From assembly GCA_951406725.2 (NCBI GenBank), contig OX597824.1:66340001-66404000 (forward strand): a stretch of 64,000 nucleotides of DNA. Reading direction: 5' to 3'. Source of the stretch: Octopus vulgaris. Its lineage: Eukaryota. Shown piece by piece: positions 13,921-27,984 of the stretch. The position numbers and the translations under genes were made by a program. The notes under the pieces are model-generated. The model had not been told where the DNA came from, made no database searches, and saw only the letters and a program-made list of their open reading frames with translations. Within the stretch, counting starts at the first letter, position 1, and each line of letters starts with the position of its first letter.

Positions 13921-16900
13921 AGACAGACTAGAGAGGGTGTGACAAGTTGGAAATTTGGCTGCTATTTCTGGCAGGATGGGAAACCTTGTACGGACTTTCT
14001 CATTAGCCAAAAATAGATAGTAAATAGATGAGCAAATGACATGAATTAAACAAGGAAATAAAAACAAATGAGAAATATATGGCATGATGTAAGATGAAGA
14101 AAGGCATTTTATGCTGGACTTTCTGACAAGGAATATTATTTCTTCTTTAGTAAAAGCATTAACACTCAAACTCTTCTGTTTTTCTATAGCCTAACAACTT
14201 TATCATCAATTTATGGTGACAAATATCTCCTGCAATTACAACTATAAAATAGCAACCAAATCTCTCAAATTATACCCCTCAGAAAGGACATTAAATTATG
14301 TTAACAATCCTAAATGAAGAGACAACGGGTGATATGACTGAAATATCTATAATCATAAATTTGCTCAACCAGGGGGATAAACAACACCTATGCTAGGTTT
14401 TATAATATTTGGTGATCTTAATAGTGACCACACACACACACACACACACACACTGTAAGGACTGCTCAACTGGGTTAAGCCTCAACAAGATACAAGTTAG
14501 ATAAATGCATTCTAAATGACTTCTAAACTTTGGGAGAACTTTTGAAAACTGATGCTTAGTTTTAGTTTGCAATCTGTGAATGAAATTACCATTGGTTACA
14601 GGTTTCCAATAAGCCAGTCACTGGTTCACTGCATTTCTGACTGTAAAAGAATGGACTGTAACTCAATGGAAAACAAATACCTTAAGGGACTTTATAATTC
14701 AGGTACTAGTTCTTCAGTTTCCTTGCCAATGATTATATCTTTTCCGGTACATGAGCAGATGTGTGTAGGTATTTACACACACACACATAAACAGTGTATG
14801 TGTGTAACTTTACATGATCTCTAAACAAGGCACTGTATATTTCATGTTGCTCCAGTACACTCAGCTTACAAAATGAGTAATAGCCCACCCTTAGGCTGAT
14901 GCAGACCATTCTCTCCTTTGAGCTGTGACTTACTCATGTTCTACTCAATCAAGGGTGGGAGGGTTGAGAGAGTATCTATATCAGCTCACAGCTACAGGAG
15001 TGCCTAAAACAATTAGTAAAAACCTAACATATGCTGCCAAGCCAAACTTGTTTGTGAATGATGGTTGTAATTTTAGCTTATAACACACACGGCAGAACTC
15101 CACAGTTTCAGTCAACGAAGTTTGGTCACAAAGTACTGCTCAATTCAGGGGTATGGTAGAAGACACTTGCACAATGTGCTACAGTGGGATCAAACTTGGA
15201 ACCACTTAACACAGTCATACCTGTGTTGATGGAAAACTGAATAAAAAGTAAATCTCTTCTGGGAGAGACTATGCACATCATGGCTTGCAATTTTCAAAGT
15301 AAGCTGTTTGTAGGTTCTTAAGCAATCAATCACTAACACACTTAAGATATTTCCCTCTCAAATTCTTCTACTACAGTGGATGATTTTTTTAATCATCTCC
15401 ACTTACCTCAACTAGGAGCTCCATCTCAAGCTTATATTAGAATAGTTACTGATGTCGTTTTGCTCCCTAGTCAACCATAATCTAGCAGACCTATGACCAA
15501 AAATGTTTCAGCCATGACCACTTCATCAATTCTTTCCTCTCCCAAACAGTGAATACCTCTGCATGTTGTAAAAGGCGACTAAAACGTTGGCAACAGGAAA
15601 GGCATCCAATCATAAAACACTGCCTCAGGAAACACGTCCAGCTCCTGCCAGCATGGAAAAGTGACCATAAAACATTGATAATGATGATAATGACTATCTA
15701 CATAATCAAACGTGTGCTTCCTTTATTTAGATACTAAGGTATGATACAAGCCAGAGTTGGGTGCTATTTCTAGCAGGCTGACATACTGCATGCAAGTTCC
15801 ATTATTGGCTTGACATTAGAATCGTTTTAAGCAACAATAATAGCCATTATATAGAGGCACAATTAGCTGTACAAGTGAAAGGGTTAAATCTAATCTTGAA
15901 CATGATTACTCTGCTTAAAAAGTCATCAACACAACTGACATTGCCATCATCATCTCCTTTATCATCACCACAACAACAATTATTGCCACAGATACCATCA
16001 TTGTCCCCATTACCTTCACTAAAACCAGCTACATTACCAGTTAATGCCACCACCACTACCACAATCATCATTACCACACATGCTACTACAAAACAAAAAC
16101 AAAGAAATAAAGGAAAAATAATGCACAATGTAGCTAGGAATAAAGTTGGTATTTTCTGAATAGCATGCTAAATTAACTGAGAAACAGAGAAATGGAATGG
16201 TAACAGTAGTATAATGAATAAGATGAAGCTCAACTGAGGATTTTTCTTAATGGCCTGGAGGAGAACTTCTGTGTATGGAGGGGAGAGAGCAAGAAGGTGT
16301 AGGAGTGAGATCTGTAAATGAAAAGAAAAGACCAATGAAAGCATTGAATAAGCTCTACATGTAGTTGCTTTCATTTTCTTTTTCCCTTTTTTGATTTGTT
16401 TGTTTCTCTTCTTCCAATAGATCATTTATTTATAAAACTCCACTTTCTTTTCCCTTCTTACCCATATTAATTACATTTCCCATATACATTTCAGTTGTCT
16501 GTATACATTTGTCTATATGCATGCACACATATCTATCTATATGTATAATATGATGGATAATGACACACACGTACTTATATCTTTACACTTATACTGTATT
16601 GATGTGCATGTAAGTGCAGGAGTGTGAATATATATCTATGTATATGAACATGGATGTTTGAGTATGTCTAATGTGTATACATACACGTGTGTGTGTGTGT
16701 CTAAAGATATTTCTTTTAGGAATGTGGGTCAAAACATTTAGAATATGACAGATGAATTTGCTTAGTAGTATATCAAAATATACTAAGCATCAGATAACTC
16801 TTTAAATTGGGAGTGAAAATAGAGGAAAGAAATGTAAATTTAAAATTTTGGCAAAAAAAATGTAAAACAAAAGTATGAAAAGAATTTTGTGCCCCTTTCC

Positions 16901-17169
16901 CCCCAACCTCAAGTCAAACATTATATTTTTAAAATATCCTCGTCATTACCCGTGTATAATGCATTCGCATGCGAGTGTGTGTGTGTAGCTAAAAATTATT
17001 GCTTAGCCCTTGTCAGACTTGATCAAGCAGAGCTATGAACAAAACATCAAATCCATGATCATAATTTTTTTTTTTTAGTCTGTGACTACCTAAGAGTACA
17101 TTTTAGTTATTTATACATGTATTTATTTATGTATTTGAGCAACTACTTTTCCATCCCTCACTTTTCCAA

Positions 17170-17208
17170 ATGTCCTGAAGAAGGGATTATAACTCCAAAA
17201 TATAGAAA
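17170..17208 (+). ncRNA. Degenerate minimal hammerhead-ribozyme motif (probable Penelope-like terminus relic)
   Basis: atgtc CTGAAGA a ggga ttataa ctcc aaaa tata gaaat: core CUGANGA, imperfect stem II, G12 lost, stem I partly paired. Confidence 0.4.
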
Positions 17209-17652
17209 TATACGGTAAAACTTCAACTTTTGTTTTGTTTTATTTATTCATTTTTGTAAGACAGCAGAGAGTGATTTGAGCAGAGATTCTGAGCTCAGAC
17301 TGTGCAAACTAGCCAAGGTAACTGTATAGAGGTTTCACTGATCTAACAGACATTTGAGCTGTGACCATCTTGTATTACTCCCAGGCATAGTGTATTTATG
17401 ATTGCATTATCCAACATTTCTGCTTTTTTGAAGATGGTAAGGTTGATTTGAAGAGAGATTTGACTGTTGCATCTAGCTGGTCAAGTGAATGCAGAGAGGT
17501 TTTTTTTCATATGCACATGGAGTTAAAATGTTTTGGTCTGTTTGTAGCTATTTTACTTTAAACAGAATACTCAAAGTAAAGGCTCAAGCATCTCAATCTT
17601 TCCCTATTTCTACATGATGCCTTCCTCTAACCCTAAAAACCATAGGGCTCTT

Positions 17653-17682
17653 GCTTACCTGGAGAAGGCAACAAAACACAAC
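17653..17682 (-). promoter_or_regulatory. Juxtaposed 3'/5' splice motif (candidate recursive splice site) or the donor of an 87-nt exon 17659-17745
   Basis: Minus strand reads TTGTGTTTTGTTGCCTTCTCCAG|GTAAGC. Confidence 0.35.
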
Positions 17683-19164
17683 TCTAGTAAATCAAACTGC
17701 TTGGGATACAATGACAGTGTCATAGTAAGAAACTTCCATAAATATCTACAGTTGCTTTTACATAATTATTAGTCCTGTTTTGTGTGTTATTAAAATTGAT
17801 TTGGTTGTCTATGCTCCTCCTTTGCAACAAGACTTGTACCTCAAAAACCAATAATCATAGGTGTAGGTCTATAACACAGTATGTATGTGTGTACGTGTAC
17901 ACACGCACATAAGAGAGTGAACACATATATGAATTTCAGAGAGTATAAGAGAATGCATATATCAATGAAAATGTGTGTGTGTGTGTGTGTGCACGCGCAT
18001 GTGTGTAGTTACAGTTGGTCACCAGAACAGAGGAGAAAAACAAATGAAAGTATAAAAATCTAAATTCTGGAAGTCTTCACACTTAGCTTGTGTTTCACAG
18101 CATGATTGGGATACATTTCCAACCAGAAAGGAAGACCAAATCTATTGCAGACAAAATTTATAGGTAATCGGATACTTATTTTCAGCACTAAGCTAAACTG
18201 GGGCATGTAGAATAAAGTGACCAGTGGTAGATTTGATTATAAAAATCTACAAATTGCTTGTCCACTCAAACTGTATTATAAATGCCATATTGCTTCATAC
18301 ACCATCGCCAATGTTCTGTCAGTACGATAACCTTTTAGTGCATCTGTGTATGTGTGCACCCACATATACACATGCATGACATCCATAACCACATATTGAC
18401 ATACACTCATACACAACCACATATAATGCATCCATATACATATCCATGCACTTGCATACACATGCAGCTCATGTCCACACACACAAACATTTACTCACCC
18501 ACATTTACATCCACACTCAGAGGCAGGTGGACACACATTTGACATGCAGACACACACATGTATCATTCATACACACATATCCCAGCAACACAAACACACA
18601 TATACGCATGCAGATTCACATATGTGCTTCATGTGTAAGTAGGAGTGATGAGTGGAATCAAATTGGATTGAGGTCTATGGATATTTAAAGAGAAAGGAAG
18701 GAACTGACCACCAGATTTAATGTAATGTAGACAACACACACGCATGCACACTCATTCACAAAGAACAATGGAAGCTGTTCAAACTGCAACAAGAAAGAAT
18801 AGAACAGCAAGAGAATCTATATCTATCCATTACTATTTCAAGCTGTGATGTCTTAGCCACACTGCCCTTGACAACAGTTGTAGAGGTTAATATATCCAGG
18901 ATATCAGTTACTTGATAAACAGCTTTTGTCACCCATCCAAACATTGTTGTTGTAGTTGCTGTTTAGCTCTATGACAGCCTAGAGAGAACAGACCTAGTAT
19001 TAGAGGTTTCCCAACTTTGATAATGCTATCTCTTTTCTTTTCAAGCATTATACATCTTGGAGATAACTTCATCATTTCTGTAGGTGGCAAGGTGCAATTT
19101 GAGAGAGATTATGGCAACTATTTCAAGCAGAGCAAACAACCAAGCAGACACAGAGGCACAGCTG

Positions 19165-19500
19165 AAGGTGTGTGGTAAGTTTGCTTCCTGACCATATGGT
19201 CCTAGGCTCAGTCCTACTGTATGGCATGTTGAGCGAGTAGCTTCGACTATAGCCTCAGGCTTACCAAAGCCTTGTGAGTAGATTTGGTAGATGAAAACTA
19301 CTGGAAGAATGTGTGTGTGTGTGTGCTTGTGAACTAGTTTCCTTGTCTTGACATTGACTTTGTGATAGTTGCAAACATGTCTGGTCATAGGAAAATATCA
19401 CCTTATTTGGAGACAGGTGAGGGTTGGCAACTGTAGAAAATGTGCTTTATTCTGTTTGACCCATGTGAGCATGGAAGGAAAAGTGACAAAGCAACAATGA
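19165..19500 (+). mobile_element. Family A CORE-SINE with an RTE-like tail
   Basis: gtgtggtaagtttgcttcc..ggctcagtcctactgt..ccaaagccttgtgagtagatttggtagat, then a (TG)n tract, then gggttggcaactgtagaaaa..gacccatgtgagcatggaa. Confidence 0.7.
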
Positions 19501-20087
19501 GACATTCGTTTGTTGGCTTACAATCATCTTGTTTTGTGCCTTATTTGAGCAGATCTATAACCAAAAGTTTTCAAGGTCAGACCTTTTTCTTTCTTTTCTT
19601 TTTTTTTTTTGTTTTTGCCATCTTAGAATAATAGAGAACTACATTATCCTTTTGTGATTGAGAAAGATTTGGCTGCTGCTTCTGGCAGATCTCATGACCA
19701 TGTTAGGTTGTTTTTCATTGGCTTGTCAATACATTTTAACAGATGGACGAAAGCAAAACAATAAAATACAAATACTATTTTTAAATGTATTATTTGGCTT
19801 GAAAGAAGAAAGGAGGAAAAGGAGGAAAAAATTAAGATGCAGCTCACTAAACAACAATATTTCTATATTTAGAGACAAGGAAAAAGTGCTTAGAGCCTCT
19901 CTAGGAAAAGAAAATGAGGAAAAAAAGACAGTTGAAATGTTTTGTGCCATGTGTGTGTGTGAAAGTGTAAGAATATGTATGTGTGAATGTGGGTATGCAT
20001 GAATGTGTGCCAGCATGAATGTGTGTATGTGTACATGTATGACTGAATGTTTGTGTATGTGTGCATGCATCACTGTGTCTGTGAATG

Positions 20088-20275
20088 TGTATGAGTATGT
20101 GTATGAGTATGTGTATGAGTATGTGTATGAGTATGTGTATGAGTATGTGTATGAGTATGTGTATGTGTATGAGTATGTGTATGAGTATGTGTATGAGTAT
20201 GTGTATGAGTATGTGTATGAGTATGTGTATGAGTATGTGTATGAGTATGTGTATGAGTATGTGTATGAGTATGTG
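20088..20275. repeat. 12-bp tandem repeat (GTATGAGTATGT)n, about 15 near-perfect copies
   Basis: Direct reading; source of the YEYV/MSMC/ILIH ORFs. Confidence 0.95.
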
Positions 20276-23200
20276 CATGCATGCAAATGTACTTGTGTTT
20301 GTGTGCATGCATGCAAGTGTGTGTATAGTGAAAAACAGAAACAAGAGTTATATATTCACCTAGTTGTCATTTTCTCCCCATTCCCTTGACATCACTTAGG
20401 GATGTTGTTTAGCCCCAATCCAGCCCTGAAAGATGTCCCAACCAGGATTCCAATGTTTTGTTTTGTTTTTTTCCCCCTGACATTGTGCATCTAAGCAGAT
20501 TACATTATTCACTATATCCTAGATGTGACTTTTGAAGATGGCAGTGTGATTTGAAGAAGATTTGACAGTTATTATTAGCAAGGCAATCAATTTTATAGAG
20601 GATCAAATCTGCTACAAGTCTTAGTATTTGTGCATTTTTTAACATAGAATGCTCAAATTATCTAAGACCTCACTTCAAGTGCTTCAGGCTGGTGTTAAAG
20701 GAAAGACCTTTTGGCAATGCTGCTTATAACAAACAGACTACCTACCGTTCTATGTAACAAAAAGGGGTTGTCTCATCAATTCAATGTGATTAATTACAGA
20801 TATATGACCCATCTTAATGAACTAAACCCCTGTACCAAGTTCAAACATTTACTATTGGTTCCAATAGAGTAGCTGCTTCAATGTGAAACTATATTCCGAA
20901 TGAAATGCAAATTGGTCTGGTAGACATAGTCTTCATGGCCCCATTCCTCTCATGAAACTCAAATCTCTAGTTTACTCAAGTTGCAGACATTTTGTCGTTT
21001 CAACTCAATTGTAACACTGAACATAAATAAAGAAAACCACAACAACAGTGAAAATATTTACCATTTCATCAGAATATTTAATGACAATTTAATCATATCT
21101 ACTGTTATGTTTTTGAGTTCAAATTTCAACCAGACTATCTTCAAAACCCCTCTGGTTGATAAAAATCAGAACCAGACATTACACTAGGGTTGATTCAATT
21201 GATTACACTAATTCCTTGAAAACTGACATTGCGCTTATGTAACATATCAGCATTAATTTCAAAGTACCTATACAGACAAGCCAATATACAGGCTTCTAGA
21301 CTTGGGACAAAATCCATTAACATAGCCATAAAAACTTCTCTTCAAATCTAATATAAACTAATTGAATTAGGACAATACAAAACCCTATTCTGTCAAGATA
21401 TAGAAAAACAGATTTCTACTGATAAAAAGTGAAATAAAATCTAACAGAAGTAAGGATAATATTTGACCTTTCATTGCCAACTATCTAAAACTATAAATAA
21501 CAAGTTATTAATATGCTTCAGCTCATGCACCTTAAGTTCAAATCCAGTGTTTAATATGAATGTTTCAGCTCATGCACCTTAAGTTCAAGCCTAGTGTTGG
21601 CAGCCACTTGTGGGTTGTTAAAAGAATTAAGAAGTCCTGAGTTAGCAAATAGCACCCTTCCCAGTGGGGAAAAATTATTTATCTCTTAGTCACTCTGTGA
21701 TACCAGAATACTCTCAAAACTCAAACTAAGAAAAAAGCCTCCATACAAATGCTAGTAACAACAGTTAAACCTCCCTTGAATCACACAAAACCATCTTAAA
21801 ACAGGAAGGACATATTGGACATAGCTAATAAGATAGGATAGCCATATCTGGAATATTGTTGATTATAGGCCAGCTCAATCAAGAATGACCTGTGACTAAC
21901 CAACAACAACATTTCATCCATCTCCAAAGCTTATAACTAGACTTTACAAAATTTCTATTCCTCTTCCTTATTGGGAGACATTTACTGTTTGCTATATTAA
22001 ATTGCCAGTCACTCTGCCACTCCACAAATGATCAGTTATTAACTTTGACATTTCAGATGGAATCCAGTTGTTCAGACTAAAAATAAATACAATTGCTAGC
22101 TGACCATTACAACAATCGAGCCTCCTCCAAGTCTGACAGCTGCTACTTTGCACACTGTATAAATACATTAAAACTGCACGATTATGTATACAGGTGTGCA
22201 GATGAGAATGTGTAAGTATGTGCACATGTATATGCACGTGAAAATATGCACATCAATATATGTGTGGACAGATGTTTATGTACATGGCATGCTTCAATGC
22301 ATAAATATGTAAATGAACATACACATGTCAGTGTATCTGTAAGTACATGTGTATGCACGTGCATATTTATGACTGCATGAATGTATATGATTACTTACAT
22401 GTGCATCTGTGTGCTTGCATGTATTGCATGCATATATGCATAAGGATATAAATATACATCCAGAAATACAAGTGTATACATGAACGTCCATTTTGTGTGT
22501 GTGTGCGTGTGTGCACACGCACGCACATACATGCAGGTGCACATGTAGATGTTTGTCTATATTCATTTAATGTATTTATGCACGTGTAGATGTTTGTCCA
22601 CTTAATGTGTAGGCATGCATGTATAAGCACGTGTACCTGTTAACACATGCACAATTGAGTGGACCATAACAATAGAGAAGGCTAGTTGTTTAAGTTTTAG
22701 CTAGCCATGAGCAGACCTAAGATTAAAATGTTCCAGCCATGACCATCTCATCTTGAGTATTGTGTATCTAGAACTATATTATTTAAGGTGTCCCTCTCTT
22801 TACAAGATCAGATGTAATTTAAAGAGGATTTGGTTACTACTTTATGTGATACAATTTGTAAAGGAGAGATAGAACTATTAAAAGTACAAAGATTAGGGTT
22901 GAGTAATAGTGAAAGTTTTGGGAAAGAATACCTCTGGTGATAAATAAAGAGTGTCTTAAGAATCAATGAAAAAGCCTTCACATAGTCTTTTGACCCTCCA
23001 GAAATAACAACCAAAGTTCTCTTCCTCCACACTCTACCATTTGAAAAGGTAAAAGGGAAGGACACATTGGGTAATGTAGAACTAGATACCCATAAAAACA
23101 TTGGGCTGATCATCGTTAAAATGTCTTTGGTCAAAGATCTTTTTAAGTCCTTGTAGCTTAAGGATAAACAAAAATAAAATTTCTAGTGAGTCCCTTAGTC

Positions 23201-23614
23201 ATTTGACACACTAGCAATAGCAGCTAAATATTTCTTATATCATACTCTAGTCTTAAAAGGGGAAGGGCATGATAATGCAGCCTAAAATACACTAAGTTTG
23301 TAAAGAGAATGGATGACAATAAAACAAGGATGTATATGCATACACATATGCTTCTATATCTATATAAATACATGATATATACACACACACAAACAGATTT
23401 ATCCACATTTTAGATCTATAGCATTTGGAATGGAATGAGTTGTGTGTGTTCAGCTGAATATGCAATGTCAAGTTAAAGGAAGTTGAGGAAATGCAAGCAA
23501 GAAACTTGAGAAAAGAATGCATGCAGAAAGAGGATTATATATTGTGATGGACATGTAATGAATATTGGATGAAAGAAAGATCTGCCATGTAGCTGATGGT
23601 GAAGATGCTTTCTG

Positions 23615-24450
23615 GGATAGAAGAAGAAATAAGGAGGAGGGCGAGGTAGAAAGGAGGAAGAAGGAAAAAAGAAGAGGAAAAAGGAAAAAAGAGGAAGAAG
23701 GAAGAAAGAGGAAGAAGGAAGAAAGAGGAAGAAGGAAGAAAGAAGGAAGAGGAAACGAATGAACAGGAAAGAAGGAAGGGAGGAAGGAAGGAAGGAAGGG
23801 ATGGAGAAAGAAAGGGAAGAAGGAAGGAGGGAGGGAGGAAGGGAGGGAGGGAGGGAGGGAGGAAGGAAGGAAGGAAGGGAGGAAGGAAAGAAGGAAGGGG
23901 GGAAGGAAGGGGGGAAGGAAGGGAGGGAGGAAGGAAGGAAGGGAGGAAGGAAGGGTGGAAGGAAGAGAGGAAGGAAGGGTGGAAGGAAGGGAGGAAGGAA
24001 GGGTGGAAGGAAGGAAGGGAGGAAGGGTGGAAGGGAGGAAAGAAAGAAGTGAAGGAAGGAAGGAAAAGGAGGAAGGAAGGAAAAGGAAAAGGAGGAAGGA
24101 AGGAAAAGGAGGAAGGAAGGAGAAGGAAAAGGAAGAGGAGGAAGGAAGGAAGGAAGGAAGGAAGGAAGGAAGGAAGGAAGGGAGAAGAGGAGGAAGGAGG
24201 AGAGAAGAAAAGGAAAGAAGAAAAGGAGAGAAGAAAAGGAGAGAAGAAAAGGAAAGAAGAAAAGGAGAGAAGAAAAGGAAAGAAAAGGAGAGAAGAAAAG
24301 GAGAGAAGAAAAGGAAAGAAAAGGAGAGAAGAAAAGGTAAGAAGAAAAGGTAAGAAGAAAAGGTAAGAAGAAAAGGTAAGAAGAAAAGGTAAGAAGAAAA
24401 GGTAAGAAGAAAAGGTAAGAAGAAAAGGTAAGAAGAAATAAGAAAAATGT
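23615..24450. repeat. Long purine-rich tract: (GGAA)n/(GGGA)n grading into a 12-bp (GAAGAAAAGGTA)n array
   Basis: About 830 bp of almost exclusively A/G on the + strand; source of the 364 and 344 aa low-complexity ORFs. Confidence 0.95.
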
Positions 24451-24734
24451 TGGCCTCCAGAAAGATGGATGTTGATCTATGTTGTGTTCTTGTGATATAT
24501 GTTGCACTGTTGTATGTTGAAAGTATATATTGTTGATGTATGTTGATAGATTCGTTTTTCAATTAATGTGTTGCTATGTATTGTGCTACTCATTATTCTC
24601 AGCATCATAACCATTAATTATCATTTTACAACCATTATCTAGCTTCTGACTCCACACTGGAATAAGTTGACTGGGGCTTACTGCATCTCACTATTTGTCA
24701 GGCAATAAATAAATTAAAAAAATACTCGTGTAAG

Positions 24735-25100
24735 TGTAGCTGGGTGGTAAGATGTTTGCTTCCCAACCACATGATTCTGGGTTCAGTCCCACTGTGTTGA
24801 GCAAATGTCTTCTACTATAGCCCAAGGTCGACCAAAGCCTTGAGAATAGATTTGGTTAACAGAAACTCAAAGCCCATTATATATGTGTGTGTGATGTGTC
24901 TGTTCCTTACCACTGCTTCACAACCAGTGCTGGTTTATTTACATCCTCATAACTTAGCAGTTTGGCAAAAAGGGACTGACAGAATAAGTACCAGATTTAA
25001 AAAGAAAACGCAAATACTGGGGTTGATTTGTTTGCCTGAACCCTTCAAGTTGGTGCCTCAGCATGGCTGCAGTCCAATGACTAAAACATGTGAAAGATAA
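24735..25100 (+). mobile_element. Near full-length family A CORE-SINE
   Basis: tRNA-like head (ggtggtaag..gggttcagtcccactg), CORE-like gagcaaatgtcttctactatagc, internal (TG), and a 3' part ending gcatggctgcagtccaatgactaaaac..aaagataaaa. Confidence 0.85.
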
Positions 25101-26510
25101 AATATGTCGTGTATATTGTATTTTTGATGAAACTTTCATAGATGAATGCCTTTCCTATCATCAAAAAGTTTGGATTAGAGAAAGACACACACACAAATTA
25201 AGGGCTGGATTATTCTTCACTTTTATTACAAACATACAAGTAAAGGTTTCACCATTTTGGGGTCTTCAGGTAATGGATGAAATCTACCATTTCATGTTAA
25301 ACGCTACGTGGGGTGAAAATGCTTAGCAGCATTTCATCCGTCTTTACGTTCAGAGTTCAAATTCTGCCAAGATTGACTTTGCCTTTCATCCTTCAGGAGT
25401 CAATAAAATAAGTACCAATAGAGTACAGAGGGGTGATGTGATCAACTAGCCCCTTTCCCCAAAATGCCAGACCTTGTGCCTCTTGCAGAAGGGATTGTTA
25501 TTTGAACTGACAACTGAACATTCACAATTATCAGTTAGTGTATGTAAAATTATATCTGAACTATGATTAAATGCAACCTAGTTATAACCATCCTAGTACT
25601 ATATTATTCAATGTGTACTTCATTTAATTCTTAAAGACAGCCAGGAGCAATTTGAGTGAGATTTGGCTGCTACTTCCAGCAATCACACAGAGCCTCTTTC
25701 ACTGGCTCATTGCCATCATTTTCCACTGTCGTTATCATCACTACCAACACAATTCCCTTAACCAAAATTACCATTACTGTCACCATCACTTCAGTACTGA
25801 ACCACTACTTCCCCACAGCTGTCCTCACCAGATTTGTCAATAAATCCTGATTCAGATTCTAATTACAGGCTACACGTAACGGCTGATCATATATGTGTTA
25901 CAGATCATTTCAATTTTAAATTAGGAATCATAGCAAGCAAACAGTTTCCTTAGTCATGACATTTCCAACATATAAATGTGTGTGTGTGTGTGTGTATGTT
26001 ATAGACAAATACACACACAAATATGGTGGATGTAAGGATATATGTTCATGTGTTTTACTATTATATGTTGATATATCTCGTGCTGTTATGTGTTGTACTG
26101 CTATATTTTGGTTGATATATCTTATCCTCTGTTGATATAGGCAACACCGTAATATATGTTATTCTGTTATACATTGGTATATGCTAAGCAGTTAATTATA
26201 TGCTGATTTATGCTATGCTTTTTATATTGTATATTGATATATGCTGTTCATTCTGACATTTGTTTTACATCTATTCTCCAATGTTAGTATGGGTTAGATA
26301 TGTCATTGAAGTGTTTTATAGCTGAATGTTCTGATGCTAACTCATACTTGTTTTTCAATTAAAGTATCTCTTATTCTATATAGATTCAATAGTACAAAGC
26401 AAGCAGACAAGTTATTAAACAAAAGTGCCAACAGCAACAGCACTTGAACTTTGTAGCTTCTGAATAAGTAAGCACATGTAAACAAACAGATATAGACGTG
26501 TACACACACA

Positions 26511-26546
<36 letters not shown>

Positions 26547-26904
26547 TCCCCACCAAAAAAACAAAGAAAAACACACAACAAAAAAATAACATGAGGGTAT
26601 GGTACATGCAAAATATTAAAAAACACTCAGGGAAGGAAAGAAAGGGTGTTTTTACATTTCAAGCAAAGCACTTCTTCAGAAACAGGAGACAGAGGAAAGT
26701 CCAAGAGAAAAGGAAGGCGGAGGAAAAAAGTGAAAAAAAAAAAAAAAATCGCCAACAATCCACATATTGGTGTGTGTGTGTATACACGCACACATACACA
26801 CTGGCAGTGCCCCAGTATGTCCACAGCCTCAAGGCTGAAACATAAAAGACTATATACACACACAATATCTATCTATCTATATACATACACACACACACAC
26901 ACAC

Positions 26905-27300
26905 ACTTTCACTCTTATTTGTTTCTGTCATTTGACTGCAGCCATGCTGGAGCACTGCCTTTAGTCGAACAAATTGCCCCCCACAACATTCTTTGTAAGC
27001 CTAGTACTTTATCGTTCTCTTTTGCTAAATAGCTAAGTTACAGGTACATAAATACACCAGCATTGGTTGTCAGGTGATAGTGGGGGGGGGGACAAACACA
27101 GACACACATACATACATATATATATATATATACATACACATGACGGGCTTCTTTCACTTTCTGTCACTCAAATTCACTCACAAGGCTTTGGTCGTTCCAA
27201 GGCTATAAAAGACACTTGCCCAAGGAGCCATGCAGTGGGACTGAACATGGAACCATATGGCTGGTAGGTAACCTACTTACCACACAGCCACTCCTGCACT
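26905..27300 (-). mobile_element. Full-length family A CORE-SINE, with a second truncated copy at about 27455-27580
   Basis: Reverse complement of the same architecture as 24735-25100 and 60055-60420. Confidence 0.85.
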
Positions 27301-27910
27301 CTTTATATATATATACATACACATATATATATATACATACACACATACATGTGTACACACACATATATATACACACACACACACATTCACGCAATATATA
27401 TATATATATACTCACACATACATAATGAGAGAGAGAGAGAGAGATGAGAGACTTATGTTTAGTTTCTGTCTTCTGCTTACAAAATCTACTCAAGTTTTTG
27501 ATTACTTTAAGGTTATAGTAGAAGACACTCGCCCAAGGTGCCACACAGTGGGACTGAACTCAAAACCACATGGTTGGAAAGTGAACAGCCGACAAATATA
27601 CAGTATACTGTTATGTTGAAACATGTTATAAGTTGATATATGCCAGAAGTAGTGAAACTCACAAGCTATTGCAGTTCTTTGACATTTAATGTGCAGCTTG
27701 TAGAAGAATGTTGGCTGAGTTTTTTCCATCAAAGTTAATATTAAAGGTAAACAACAAAAACTTCAAGCTTTATACTTATTTATGGGGCATGAACCAAGAG
27801 ACTGCACAAAATTGAAATATAAATTCAATGTTGATAGTAAAACTATATGAATTGAAATCGTAATTTTAATACAATATCTGAGCGAAGCTTTATTCTTCGC
27901 ACTGACAGAA

Positions 27911-27984
27911 GAAATTCTCTTTAATCCCTCTGGCCTCCAAATTCAGAGAGTAGGTGGGGGCCCAGTGGGATTAAAGAGAATTTC
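27911..27984. ncRNA. Isolated 74-nt hairpin (pre-miRNA-like or tiny fold-back)
   Basis: gaaattctctttaatccc pairs perfectly over 18 bp with gggattaaagagaatttc. The stem extends to about 28 bp with mismatches and closes a loop of about 15-18 nt. Confidence 0.4.

Noticed and set aside
15401-15430. Perfect minus-strand donor GAG|GTAAGT with a possible 24-nt exon
   Set aside because: The acceptor lacks a pyrimidine tract, it abuts a repeat tail, and it is open only in phase 0, which fits neither candidate upstream phase.
19726-20389. YS/HT/YEYV/MSMC repeat ORFs
   Set aside because: Read-through of a 12-bp tandem repeat in all frames.
20741-20770. Minus-strand ttttgttacatag|AACG|gtaggt 4-nt microexon
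   Set aside because: Not frame-preserving, extensions hit stops in all frames, and such motifs arise by chance.
23468-24562. Longest ORFs (364 and 344 aa, L/P/S/F-rich) and overlapping E/G/R/K ORFs
   Set aside because: They are translations of a polypurine/polypyrimidine repeat that has almost no stop codons.
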